Of a DNA stretch of 36,831 nucleotides, positions 26,443 to 34,598 are shown one piece after another. The DNA is taken from contig JANXRK010000065.1 in NCBI GenBank assembly GCA_025353045.1, forward strand, positions 1 through 36,831, written 5' to 3'. Source of the stretch: Candidatus Tayloriibacteriota bacterium (GTDB lineage Bacteria; Patescibacteriota; Minisyncoccia; Phycocordibacterales; PALSA-1337). The notes beneath the pieces were generated by a model. The model made no database searches. It was not told the DNA's origin and worked only from the letters and a program-made list of their open reading frames with translations. A program made the translations under genes and the position numbers. Position 1 is the stretch's first letter; each line of letters opens with the position of its first letter.

Positions 26443-28104
26443 ATGAACTTTCCAGCGCTCTGTAATTTTCCAGGACCTCAATACCTGGTAATTTCTGAAA
26501 ACGTTCCTCCTCTTGTGTATTATTCACATCTGCCAATAGCACTAATCTCCCTCCTAATCGGTTCATATGTGTTTTTGAAAAATCGCAAAGCACTCGCAAA
26601 CCAAATAATTTTAGTGACGACATTAGCCTTTTCACTTTGGGTTTTCCTCGACTCAGTCTTTTGGGCTAGTGATAGAAGTGACGTCATTATGTTTGTCTGG
26701 GCGATGCAGGTCTTGGTCGAGCCGCTTGTTCATCTAAGTGCTCTTTATTTGTTGTATGTATTACTTTATAAAAAAGATACATCTTTTCTCTCTAAGTCAG
26801 TTTTGTTAGCTATCTATTTGCCGCTTGTTGTTCTTATTCCAACAAAGTATATCCTAACTTCGTTCGATATTGGAACATGTTTAAGTCAGGAGGCAGTTTA
26901 CTCGTATTATTCATATGTTATTGAGATTGTTTATACAATAACACTTGTGATTGTTGGTACTAAAAGGTTTATTTCTGAAAAAAATAAACAAACTAAAAAA
27001 GAAATTGTTTATTTAACTGCAGGTATGATTGTATTACTTTTTGCATTTTCCTGGGGAGCGATTACAGGGAGTTTTACTGAAGATTGGAATTTTGCGCAGT
27101 ATGGACTCTTCGGAATGCCCGTATTTTTGGCATTTCTTTCGTATACGATTGTGAAATTTAAATCTTTTAACCTCAAACTCATCGGCTCTAATGTTTTGGT
27201 GATCTCGCTGTGGATATTGGTTGGATCGCTTCTTGCTATTGAGGATATCAACATTAGTCATGCTGTTACCGGTATCACCCTCATCATTTCCATCATCTTC
27301 GGTCTTATTCTTATCCAATCCGTCCGCAAGGAAGTGAGCCAGCGTGAAAAGATCGAGAAGCTTGCTGGTGATCTTAAGGTTGCCAACACTCGCCTCCTTG
27401 AACTTGATAAACAAAAATCTGAATTCGTTTCTTTTGCCACTCACCAGCTCCGCGCGCCTCTGACTGCTATGAAAGGTTACGCCTCACTCATTCTCGAAGG
27501 AGAAATGGGGCAGACCACTCCGGAGACTAAGCAGGCAATTAGTCGTATCTTCGAATCTTCAAAGACACTTACTACGATTGTGGATGATTATCTCAATATT
27601 TCTCGAATTGAGCTTGGTACTATGAAGTATAGCTTCGATATGCTTGATCTTAAGCAAATGGTTGAGAATGTTATTGGCGAACTTAAGCCTAATATTGATA
27701 AAAAAGGTCTCAAGCTGTCATTTAACGCTGATGCCTCTGCTCGGTTTATGATTCATGCTGATAAAGATAAGCTCAAGCAGGTTATCGCTAATCTTATCGA
27801 CAATTCAGTTAAGTACACTCCTTCGGGATCTATTGCTATAGCTTTGATGCGAAAGAGTGCTGATAGGAAAATCCTATTCTCAATCAAAGATACTGGCGTT
27901 GGTATTGCTCCTGAGGTTATGCCAAAGCTTTTTGCCAAGTTCGTACGGGCTGAGAATGCCAATAAGCAGAATATTTATGGAACTGGTCTCGGACTTTTCG
28001 TGGCAAAGGATATCGTCACTGCACATAAAGGTAAACTTTGGGCTGAATCTGCTGGTGAGGGGAAGGGTTCAACGTTTTTCATGGAATTGGACATGGAGGT
28101 GTAG
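26443..28104 (+). CDS. Multi-TM sensor histidine kinase (HisKA_7TM-like N-terminus), paralog 2
   Basis: H-box FATHQLRAPL; NLIDNSVKY; DTGVGI; GTGLGL. Sensor region aligns by eye with 22495-24252. Confidence 0.93.
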   Translation: MNFPALCNFPGPQYLVISENVPPLVYYSHLPIALISLLIGSYVFLKNRKALANQIILVTTLAFSLWVFLDSVFWASDRSDVIMFVWAMQVLVEPLVHLSALYLLYVLLYKKDTSFLSKSVLLAIYLPLVVLIPTKYILTSFDIGTCLSQEAVYSYYSYVIEIVYTITLVIVGTKRFISEKNKQTKKEIVYLTAGMIVLLFAFSWGAITGSFTEDWNFAQYGLFGMPVFLAFLSYTIVKFKSFNLKLIGSNVLVISLWILVGSLLAIEDINISHAVTGITLIISIIFGLILIQSVRKEVSQREKIEKLAGDLKVANTRLLELDKQKSEFVSFATHQLRAPLTAMKGYASLILEGEMGQTTPETKQAISRIFESSKTLTTIVDDYLNISRIELGTMKYSFDMLDLKQMVENVIGELKPNIDKKGLKLSFNADASARFMIHADKDKLKQVIANLIDNSVKYTPSGSIAIALMRKSADRKILFSIKDTGVGIAPEVMPKLFAKFVRAENANKQNIYGTGLGLFVAKDIVTAHKGKLWAESAGEGKGSTFFMELDMEV

Positions 28105-28133
28105 GTTTTCTCACGGGGGTTAAAAAACATACA

Positions 28134-29012
28134 ATGAGAGTAAAAATCTTAAAGAGAATAAATTGTATAAGATTGAAGGGTTCAGGGTTTTTTGAAAAAG
28201 ATGAGGTTCAGTATAGTGATAAAATTTCTGAAGTCTGGAACGAACCAATACAAATTAGTATTGATATAATTAGGCAATTAATCAAAAAACAGTTAGTTTC
28301 AGTTTATTTGAGGGGATCAGTTGAAAATAATACGCAAATTAGTCACATTTCTGATATTGACTTAGTTATTATATTTTCTAAAAGCATTTCTTTGGTGGTG
28401 AGGAATAAGTTACAAAGGCGGCTAGATGTTGTGAGGAAAGATTATCCTTTCGTCAGCAAAGTTGACCTCATGTATATTAATATTTTGGATATTAAATCAA
28501 CTTCCAAAAGAGTTCTTGTAAAGCTAACATCAAGATGTGTTTTTGGGTCGTCAGTTGAGAGGTTGATACCAAATTTACAAGCAGGTAATGACATTGCAGT
28601 TACCCTTAATACGCTTAAGGCGGATCTGCACAGTTTTCTTGGTAGTAATAAATATTCTTCAAAAGAAAAATGCACCTGGATGATGAAAAAGATATTAAGG
28701 TCAGGGGCTGAACTTGTCTCCGAACGATCAGGATTATATATTAGAGACTTGTACTGCTGTTATAAAGTTTTTATTAAGTTTTACCCTAAATATAGAAAAG
28801 AAATGTATGAATGTTTAAAGTTAGCCATCGCACCATGTGGAAAAACAAAAAAAGTTAGAGAACTTGTTGTACACACCACTTCCTTTTTGATGAATGAGTC
28901 TGTGAGACTTAATATAATAAACAACAACCCCAGAGCGGGGTTGTCTCGAGTGACTGGTCACAAGGTCGCCTCTGCTAGTAACCGTTCGGTTGTAACGAGG
29001 GGAGTGCTTTGA
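28134..29012 (+). CDS. Pol-beta superfamily nucleotidyltransferase domain protein
   Basis: VSVYLRGSV...ISDIDLVII (GS...DxD) followed by a helical C-terminal domain. Confidence 0.8.
   Translation: MRVKILKRINCIRLKGSGFFEKDEVQYSDKISEVWNEPIQISIDIIRQLIKKQLVSVYLRGSVENNTQISHISDIDLVIIFSKSISLVVRNKLQRRLDVVRKDYPFVSKVDLMYINILDIKSTSKRVLVKLTSRCVFGSSVERLIPNLQAGNDIAVTLNTLKADLHSFLGSNKYSSKEKCTWMMKKILRSGAELVSERSGLYIRDLYCCYKVFIKFYPKYRKEMYECLKLAIAPCGKTKKVRELVVHTTSFLMNESVRLNIINNNPRAGLSRVTGHKVASASNRSVVTRGVL
28924..28944 (-). terminator. Hairpin ACAACCCC-AGAGC-GGGGTTGT, likely terminator of the 28958-30070 gene
   Basis: Perfect 8-bp stem 13 nt past that gene's stop, followed on the - strand by a T-rich tract. Confidence 0.6.
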
Positions 29013-30070
29013 CGAATCTTTTTGTAGACTTTGGAAATGGCATCTCGCTCAAGCATGTTCGATGCTGTGGCGAAAGAGACGCGTTCAGGTTTTTCAGAGG
29101 TGTTTTGTTGGTATCTTATCCTTGTATTTTTTGCGACTACCACATCACCTTCACAAAACACACTTTCAAGGCGGGTCTGCTGGTTACTCATGAGTAACGC
29201 AACTCCCCAATCTTTTACTGATACACCATGTTTATCTTCCAGGAAGGGTGTTCTTGGTAATTTCATCACTGGATTTTGGAATTTTATCCCAGGATGAATG
29301 AAAAGATGGACTTTCACATGCGGAAATAGAGTGGAGCTTATAGCAATAGCTCGACAGACTTGGGTTAAGGTCGTAAAGCCAACGACCAACCCCACCTCAT
29401 TGATTTTAAATTTATGTGCCAGAAAGTAGGGGAATATTCCTAGTGCACAATCAGGATCAAGAACTAAACCATCTAACAAAAGATCGCCTTGTTCTGGATT
29501 CCTGAGTTTCGTTATAATGAGCTGGTGCCTAGTAATCTCCCCATAGACTGTTGAGAATCTTCGTGCCTGAACTGATGGCGTGCAAAAAATATCTAGTTTA
29601 CCTAAAGCTGTAATCGCTCGTACTTCACTTTCTGCCGTCTCAATCATTCCGTGGCATCTTGTACAGACTTTGTCGGTGAAGTTATGACCTCTTCTTTGTA
29701 CCCCAATTACATTCAGCGCGCTCGTTGGAAGTTCTACAACCCCACACGTACAGCGTGAAAGGTTAATCGTCGCTCGCTGGGTTTTTCCTAACAGTGATTG
29801 CGTGACAAAATTTTGGAAATCACTATCAAGATCGGTTGCTATATCACACTCCTCAGTCGTGACACCAACCGCAGTCAAATCATGCCCGAAGTAGTTGACG
29901 ATTCTTTCGGGGTTGTTGGGTAGGGTGTTGCGTTGAAGTCCAAGAAGGTTAATTGGTAGAATAAGTCTTGATCCAGTAAGTCTTGCGAGTGTTTTGGCAG
30001 TGAGAATGGTTGAGAAGACTTTAAGACTTCTACCATGCCGATAACTTATCGGTAAAGTGGTAATGATCAT
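28958..30070 (-). CDS. Hypothetical protein resembling a degenerate class I aaRS (MetRS-like) catalytic domain with Zn knuckle
   Basis: N-terminus IITTLPISY...TILTAKTLAR, CTC...CTRC cysteines, later VVGFTT; no HIGH or KMSKS motif; GC-richer than its neighbours. Confidence 0.55.
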   Translation of the reverse strand: MIITTLPISYRHGRSLKVFSTILTAKTLARLTGSRLILPINLLGLQRNTLPNNPERIVNYFGHDLTAVGVTTEECDIATDLDSDFQNFVTQSLLGKTQRATINLSRCTCGVVELPTSALNVIGVQRRGHNFTDKVCTRCHGMIETAESEVRAITALGKLDIFCTPSVQARRFSTVYGEITRHQLIITKLRNPEQGDLLLDGLVLDPDCALGIFPYFLAHKFKINEVGLVVGFTTLTQVCRAIAISSTLFPHVKVHLFIHPGIKFQNPVMKLPRTPFLEDKHGVSVKDWGVALLMSNQQTRLESVFCEGDVVVAKNTRIRYQQNTSEKPERVSFATASNMLERDAISKVYKKIRQSTPLVTTERLLAEATL

Positions 30071-30121
30071 GGCGGTCCTGTGGCGGTTGTATTTTCAATG
30101 GTCTTTCCGTACTATATCATC

Positions 30122-30817
30122 ATGAAGACGGAAATCAAACACATTGAAATTTCCAAGCTAGTACTTAAGTATTTCGGGGTAGCTAGAGTTGTGTGTGTTG
30201 TTACTTATGGCTCATCGATAGATGAAGTTGGAAAAAAACCTGCAGATATTGATATTTTTATTTTACTTAAAAAATTTGATATAATGGATTTTACAGTTGG
30301 TTCAGTGCTTAAAAAAAGATTGCCTTCAGTATCGATATTTGTTGATTATGAGGATTCAATTATAAAGAAAGGGATAAATAATTATCAATTTGGTAGACAT
30401 GGTGTCTATTTCATAAAGATTCTTGAAAATGGTATTTGTTTATATGGTAAAAACAAATATATACAATGGTCAAAATTAGTTACAAACAAAAAAATAAAGT
30501 TAGATTTAAGATATAGAATCGATGAATATTTTTATAGGATATATAGAGAGATTACGGATAGAGCAGATTTGGACGTTATTAGAAAATATTTATGCAGAAT
30601 AATTATTGATATATTACTATACGAAAACAAAATTACATTCCCCGAGGTATCACAAGTACATTATCTACGTTTGATTCAAAATTATCTTACTTATAATAAA
30701 GATATACGTGAAGATTTATTCACTTCTATTATTAATATTAAATATAAAAATAGTGACCATTATTTATCTAGTTTGATTAATGAGTTGTACAAGATTTATT
30801 TAAAAATATATAATTAG
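30122..30817 (+). CDS. Pol-beta superfamily nucleotidyltransferase domain protein
   Basis: VVTYGSS...ADIDIFIL and GICLYG; ATG 30122 lies 6 nt after TACTAT. Confidence 0.78.
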   Translation: MKTEIKHIEISKLVLKYFGVARVVCVVTYGSSIDEVGKKPADIDIFILLKKFDIMDFTVGSVLKKRLPSVSIFVDYEDSIIKKGINNYQFGRHGVYFIKILENGICLYGKNKYIQWSKLVTNKKIKLDLRYRIDEYFYRIYREITDRADLDVIRKYLCRIIIDILLYENKITFPEVSQVHYLRLIQNYLTYNKDIREDLFTSIINIKYKNSDHYLSSLINELYKIYLKIYN

Positions 30818-30820
30818 TAT

Positions 30821-31534
30821 ATGTCAATAATATATCATGGAGACCTCGCTTTTGAACTTTTTGAAGTCGCTCAAAAAAAAGGTACCATTATTCTAGCGGA
30901 TGGTTTACCTGGAAATCCAATATCTAAAAAGGAGTCGATAGCTGAATGGAACAGAAGAGGTTATGATATTGTGTTTCCACGCTACCTAGGATCATGGGAG
31001 TCTAAAGGAAGATTTTTAGAACATCCTCCACAACATGATTTTGAAATTTTAATTGACGCACTTAGTAAGGGAATAAATAATGTAGATAAAGTTTATATCG
31101 CAAAAAAAATATATTTACTTGGAACAAGCTTTGGTGGGGGGGTCATTATGTCAATAAAAGATGATACAAATATTGATAAAATATGCGCACTTTCTCCAAC
31201 TATCACTTATAGAGGTATTCCAGATATCAATACCCTAGCTTCATATTTGCAAACAAAATATCCAGGAAGCTATCGTTTTAAGGTATCTGATTTTGATAAA
31301 TTATTAAATGACGAAATTTCTTCACCAGTAAACAAATTCAGTCTTCCATCAAGTAAGGTCATGATTTTGGCTGGGGAACAAGACAATCAGATATCAATTA
31401 CTGAGTTGAGATCCTTTGCCACGCAAAAATCAATTAAACTAATCTCAGATCCTCAAGTTGGACATATCACCTTGTCTAAACTCAAAGTAGAACATTACGA
31501 TCAAATAGACACTTTCTTTTTGGGTCAAAACTGA
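30821..31534 (+). CDS. Alpha/beta hydrolase
   Basis: Oxyanion-like DGLPG, nucleophile GTSFGG, acid GEQD, His VGH. Confidence 0.85.
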   Translation: MSIIYHGDLAFELFEVAQKKGTIILADGLPGNPISKKESIAEWNRRGYDIVFPRYLGSWESKGRFLEHPPQHDFEILIDALSKGINNVDKVYIAKKIYLLGTSFGGGVIMSIKDDTNIDKICALSPTITYRGIPDINTLASYLQTKYPGSYRFKVSDFDKLLNDEISSPVNKFSLPSSKVMILAGEQDNQISITELRSFATQKSIKLISDPQVGHITLSKLKVEHYDQIDTFFLGQN

Positions 31535-31564
31535 AACTTGTGGAAAATGAAGGTAGAAGTTCTA

Positions 31565-31573
31565 TGCTATAAT
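31565..31573 (+). promoter_or_regulatory. Extended -10 promoter TGcTATAAT of the pilus operon
   Basis: Consensus match about 35 nt upstream of pilB. Confidence 0.55.
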
Positions 31574-31608
31574 TTATGTAATTAAATTGATTTTTATATT
31601 GCATTTTT

Positions 31609-33357
31609 ATGCTCATCGAAGATTCACAGTTAAATAAATTTATCATCGATTCGAATCTCGTATCCAAAGCTGACCTTGATGTGGCTCAAAAGGAAGCTGA
31701 TAAGAAAGGAGTTAGAATAGGTGAGATTTTGGTGAGTACGGGTAAAATTACTGAAGACAATCTCCGTCGTATGCAGGCATATGTTCTAGGTATTCCATTC
31801 GTGGATCTCAAAACTAGAAAAATTCCTTTTGAAACTCTCTCACTTATCCCTGAACCTGTAGCGCGTACGCATAATATTGTAGCTTTTAAGAAAGACGGGG
31901 ATAGTCTCGAAGTGGCAATGCTTGATGTTGATGATCTTTCAGCTATCGATTTTATTAAAAAGAAGGTAAATCTAAAGATTCTGGCCCGACTCACTGATGT
32001 TGAGTCAATGAAGAATGTTATTGTTCAATACCAAAAGAGTCTAAAGGCTGAATTCGGAGATATTATCCAAAAAGAGTCAGCAACTCTCAAGACTATTGCC
32101 GAAGAGTCAGGGGAACCAGCTTCAGAGGAGGATCTAAAGAAAATCGCTGAGGATTTGCCAGTGGTACGCATTGTGGACACGCTTTTGAAGCATGCTATTT
32201 TGCAAGACGCATCTGATATTCACATTGAACCTATGGATGATCAACTCATGGTTCGATATCGAATCGATGGTTTGCTTCATGATGCTATGGTTTTGCCCAA
32301 AAATGCCGAATCTTCTATTACAGCGCGTATTAAAGTTCTTTCAAATCTTAAGCTTGATGAAAAGCGACTCCCACAAGACGGACGATTCAAGATCGAAATG
32401 AATAATGAGAAGGTAAGTTTCCGAGTTTCTATTTTGCCAACGTACTATGGTGAAAAAACCGTTATGCGTCTCCTTCGCGAGAATGTATCGGGCTTTACCT
32501 TGGAGTATCTAGGTTTCCATGGAGAAGGGTTGGAAAGAATTCACAATGCTACAAAGCTTACGACGGGTATGATTCTTACGACTGGACCGACCGGATCTGG
32601 AAAAACCACAACACTATACACAGTTCTCGATATTTTGAATCAACCTGATGTAAATATTTCAACGATTGAAGATCCCGTGGAATATCAGATGAAAAGAATT
32701 AATCAAAGTCAGGTTAAGCCGGAAATTGGTTTTACTTTCTCAATAGGACTACGAACACTTGTCCGTCAGGACCCGGATATTATCATGGTGGGGGAGATTC
32801 GAGATAATGAAACAGCTTCGCTGGCGGTCAACGCGGCGCTGACTGGGCATCTTGTGCTCTCGACACTGCACACGAACAGCGCCGCGGGTGCCATTCCGCG
32901 TCTTTTAGATATGAAAATCGAGCCCTTCCTTCTTGTTTCAACTATAAATATCATCATCGCTCAGAGACTCGTTCGAAAACTTTCCGATAAAAAGGAAAAA
33001 TATATTCTTTCAAAAGACGAATTAGCTGTTTTGGCCAAAACTGTCGATCTTGATAGAGTTTTGAAAATTCTTAAAGAAGAAAAAATAGTGAAAGCTACTG
33101 ATGATTGGAATAAGATCTCTTTTTGGAAACCCGTGGCTTCAAAAGATGATGATGGATATAAGGGTCGAGTGGGAATTCATGAGGTACTCAAAGTTTCGCA
33201 GCCAATTAAAGATTTAATTATTAAGGGTTCAACAAATTCAGAAATAGAAGGTCAAGCTAAGAAAGAGGGAATGATAACAATGCTAGAAGATGGTATATTT
33301 AATGCAGTTCTAGGGACAACTACTATCGAGGAGGTGCTGCGAGTAATATCAGAATAG
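31609..33357 (+). CDS. pilB: Type IV pilus assembly ATPase (PilB/GspE)
   Basis: Motifs ASDIHIEP, RLPQDGRF, GPTGSGKTTT, TIEDPVEY, RQDPDIIMVGEIRD and TGHLVLSTLHTN. Confidence 0.95.
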   Translation: MLIEDSQLNKFIIDSNLVSKADLDVAQKEADKKGVRIGEILVSTGKITEDNLRRMQAYVLGIPFVDLKTRKIPFETLSLIPEPVARTHNIVAFKKDGDSLEVAMLDVDDLSAIDFIKKKVNLKILARLTDVESMKNVIVQYQKSLKAEFGDIIQKESATLKTIAEESGEPASEEDLKKIAEDLPVVRIVDTLLKHAILQDASDIHIEPMDDQLMVRYRIDGLLHDAMVLPKNAESSITARIKVLSNLKLDEKRLPQDGRFKIEMNNEKVSFRVSILPTYYGEKTVMRLLRENVSGFTLEYLGFHGEGLERIHNATKLTTGMILTTGPTGSGKTTTLYTVLDILNQPDVNISTIEDPVEYQMKRINQSQVKPEIGFTFSIGLRTLVRQDPDIIMVGEIRDNETASLAVNAALTGHLVLSTLHTNSAAGAIPRLLDMKIEPFLLVSTINIIIAQRLVRKLSDKKEKYILSKDELAVLAKTVDLDRVLKILKEEKIVKATDDWNKISFWKPVASKDDDGYKGRVGIHEVLKVSQPIKDLIIKGSTNSEIEGQAKKEGMITMLEDGIFNAVLGTTTIEEVLRVISE

Positions 33358-33374
33358 TTTATTTAAAAAAAGTC

Positions 33375-34598
33375 ATGTCACATTTTATTTATAAAGCAAA
33401 AAAGGCAAGTGGAGAAATATACAAAGGCGAAAAAGATGCTAATGATCGTTATGATCTATATAAAATTCTCAAAGAATCTGGCGAAGAGGTTATCGATGTG
33501 ACAGAAAAATCTGGAAAAGGCATGTCTTTGAAAAATATCACTATCACGCTTCCTTTTTTAAACTCTATAAAAGCACAAGATAAAATAAATTTTGCAAGAA
33601 ATCTAGGTTCTATGATTACAGCTGGTTTAGCAATGTCTCGCGCACTCAACGTTATGGAAAGACAAACTAAGAATCCTGCACTGAAAAAAGTTCTTATTGC
33701 TTTGCAAAAGGATATTAGTGAGGGTAAGACCCTGAGTCAAGCTATGGGTAATTTTAAAAATGTTTTCTCATCACTTTTCGTTTCTATGGTTGCAGCTGGG
33801 GAACAAAGTGGTTCGTTAGCTGAGTCTTTGAGAATCACTGGTCTGCAAATGGATAAATCTTTTGCCCTTCAGAGAAGAATACGAGGAGCTATGATGTATC
33901 CAAGTATTATTTTCTTGGCCATGGGACTTGTGGCTATTTTGATGTTGACCTATATCGTACCGACATTGATGAAAACCTTTTTGGAATTGCACGTAGACCT
34001 ACCGGCTTCGACTAAGTTCGTTCTTTTTGTTAGTTCAATGCTTAGAGATCATGGGCTTATTGTTTTGTCGTCCGCTTGTATTCTTATCGGTGGACTCATC
34101 ACATGGTCAAAGAAAGAGAGTGGGAAAAGAGTTTTTCATTACGCGATTTTGAAAATACCTGTAATAGGAAATTTGGTTAAAGAAGTAAATTCCGCAAGAA
34201 CAGCTCGAACTCTTTCATCTCTCCTTAGTTCAGGTGTTGATGTTGTTGAATCAGTGCGTATTACAACTGAAGTTATTCAAAATGTTTATTACAAAGATAT
34301 ATTAAAAAAAGCGGGTGAAGCAATCCAAAAAGGAGAACCAATTTCTAAACTCTTCACTGAAAATGAAAAGTTTTATCCAATTTTCTTAGGAGAAATGATG
34401 AGTGTGGGTGAAGAGACCGGGAAAATAGGGGAGATGCTTATAGGCGTTGCTGTGTTTTATGAAGATGATGTCGATCAAAAGACCAAAGACATGTCTACAG
34501 TTATCGAACCATTTCTTATGGTAATTATCGGAGCCGCGGTAGGATTCTTTGCGGTTGCTATGATCACTCCAATGTATTCACTCGTAAATGTTATATAA
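33375..34598 (+). CDS. pilC: Type IV pilus inner-membrane platform protein (PilC/GspF)
   Basis: Two T2SSF repeats (MVAAGEQSG, MSVGEETG), MYP and IEP motifs, 3 TM. Confidence 0.95.
   Translation: MSHFIYKAKKASGEIYKGEKDANDRYDLYKILKESGEEVIDVTEKSGKGMSLKNITITLPFLNSIKAQDKINFARNLGSMITAGLAMSRALNVMERQTKNPALKKVLIALQKDISEGKTLSQAMGNFKNVFSSLFVSMVAAGEQSGSLAESLRITGLQMDKSFALQRRIRGAMMYPSIIFLAMGLVAILMLTYIVPTLMKTFLELHVDLPASTKFVLFVSSMLRDHGLIVLSSACILIGGLITWSKKESGKRVFHYAILKIPVIGNLVKEVNSARTARTLSSLLSSGVDVVESVRITTEVIQNVYYKDILKKAGEAIQKGEPISKLFTENEKFYPIFLGEMMSVGEETGKIGEMLIGVAVFYEDDVDQKTKDMSTVIEPFLMVIIGAAVGFFAVAMITPMYSLVNVI

Noticed and set aside
28134..31534. CBASS or MNT-HEPN defence system
   Set aside because: The NTases show only the generic GS...DxD motif, and no Cap2/Cap3, SAVED, patatin, TIR or HEPN RxxxxH partner was recognised. 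Not fully excluded without a structure search.
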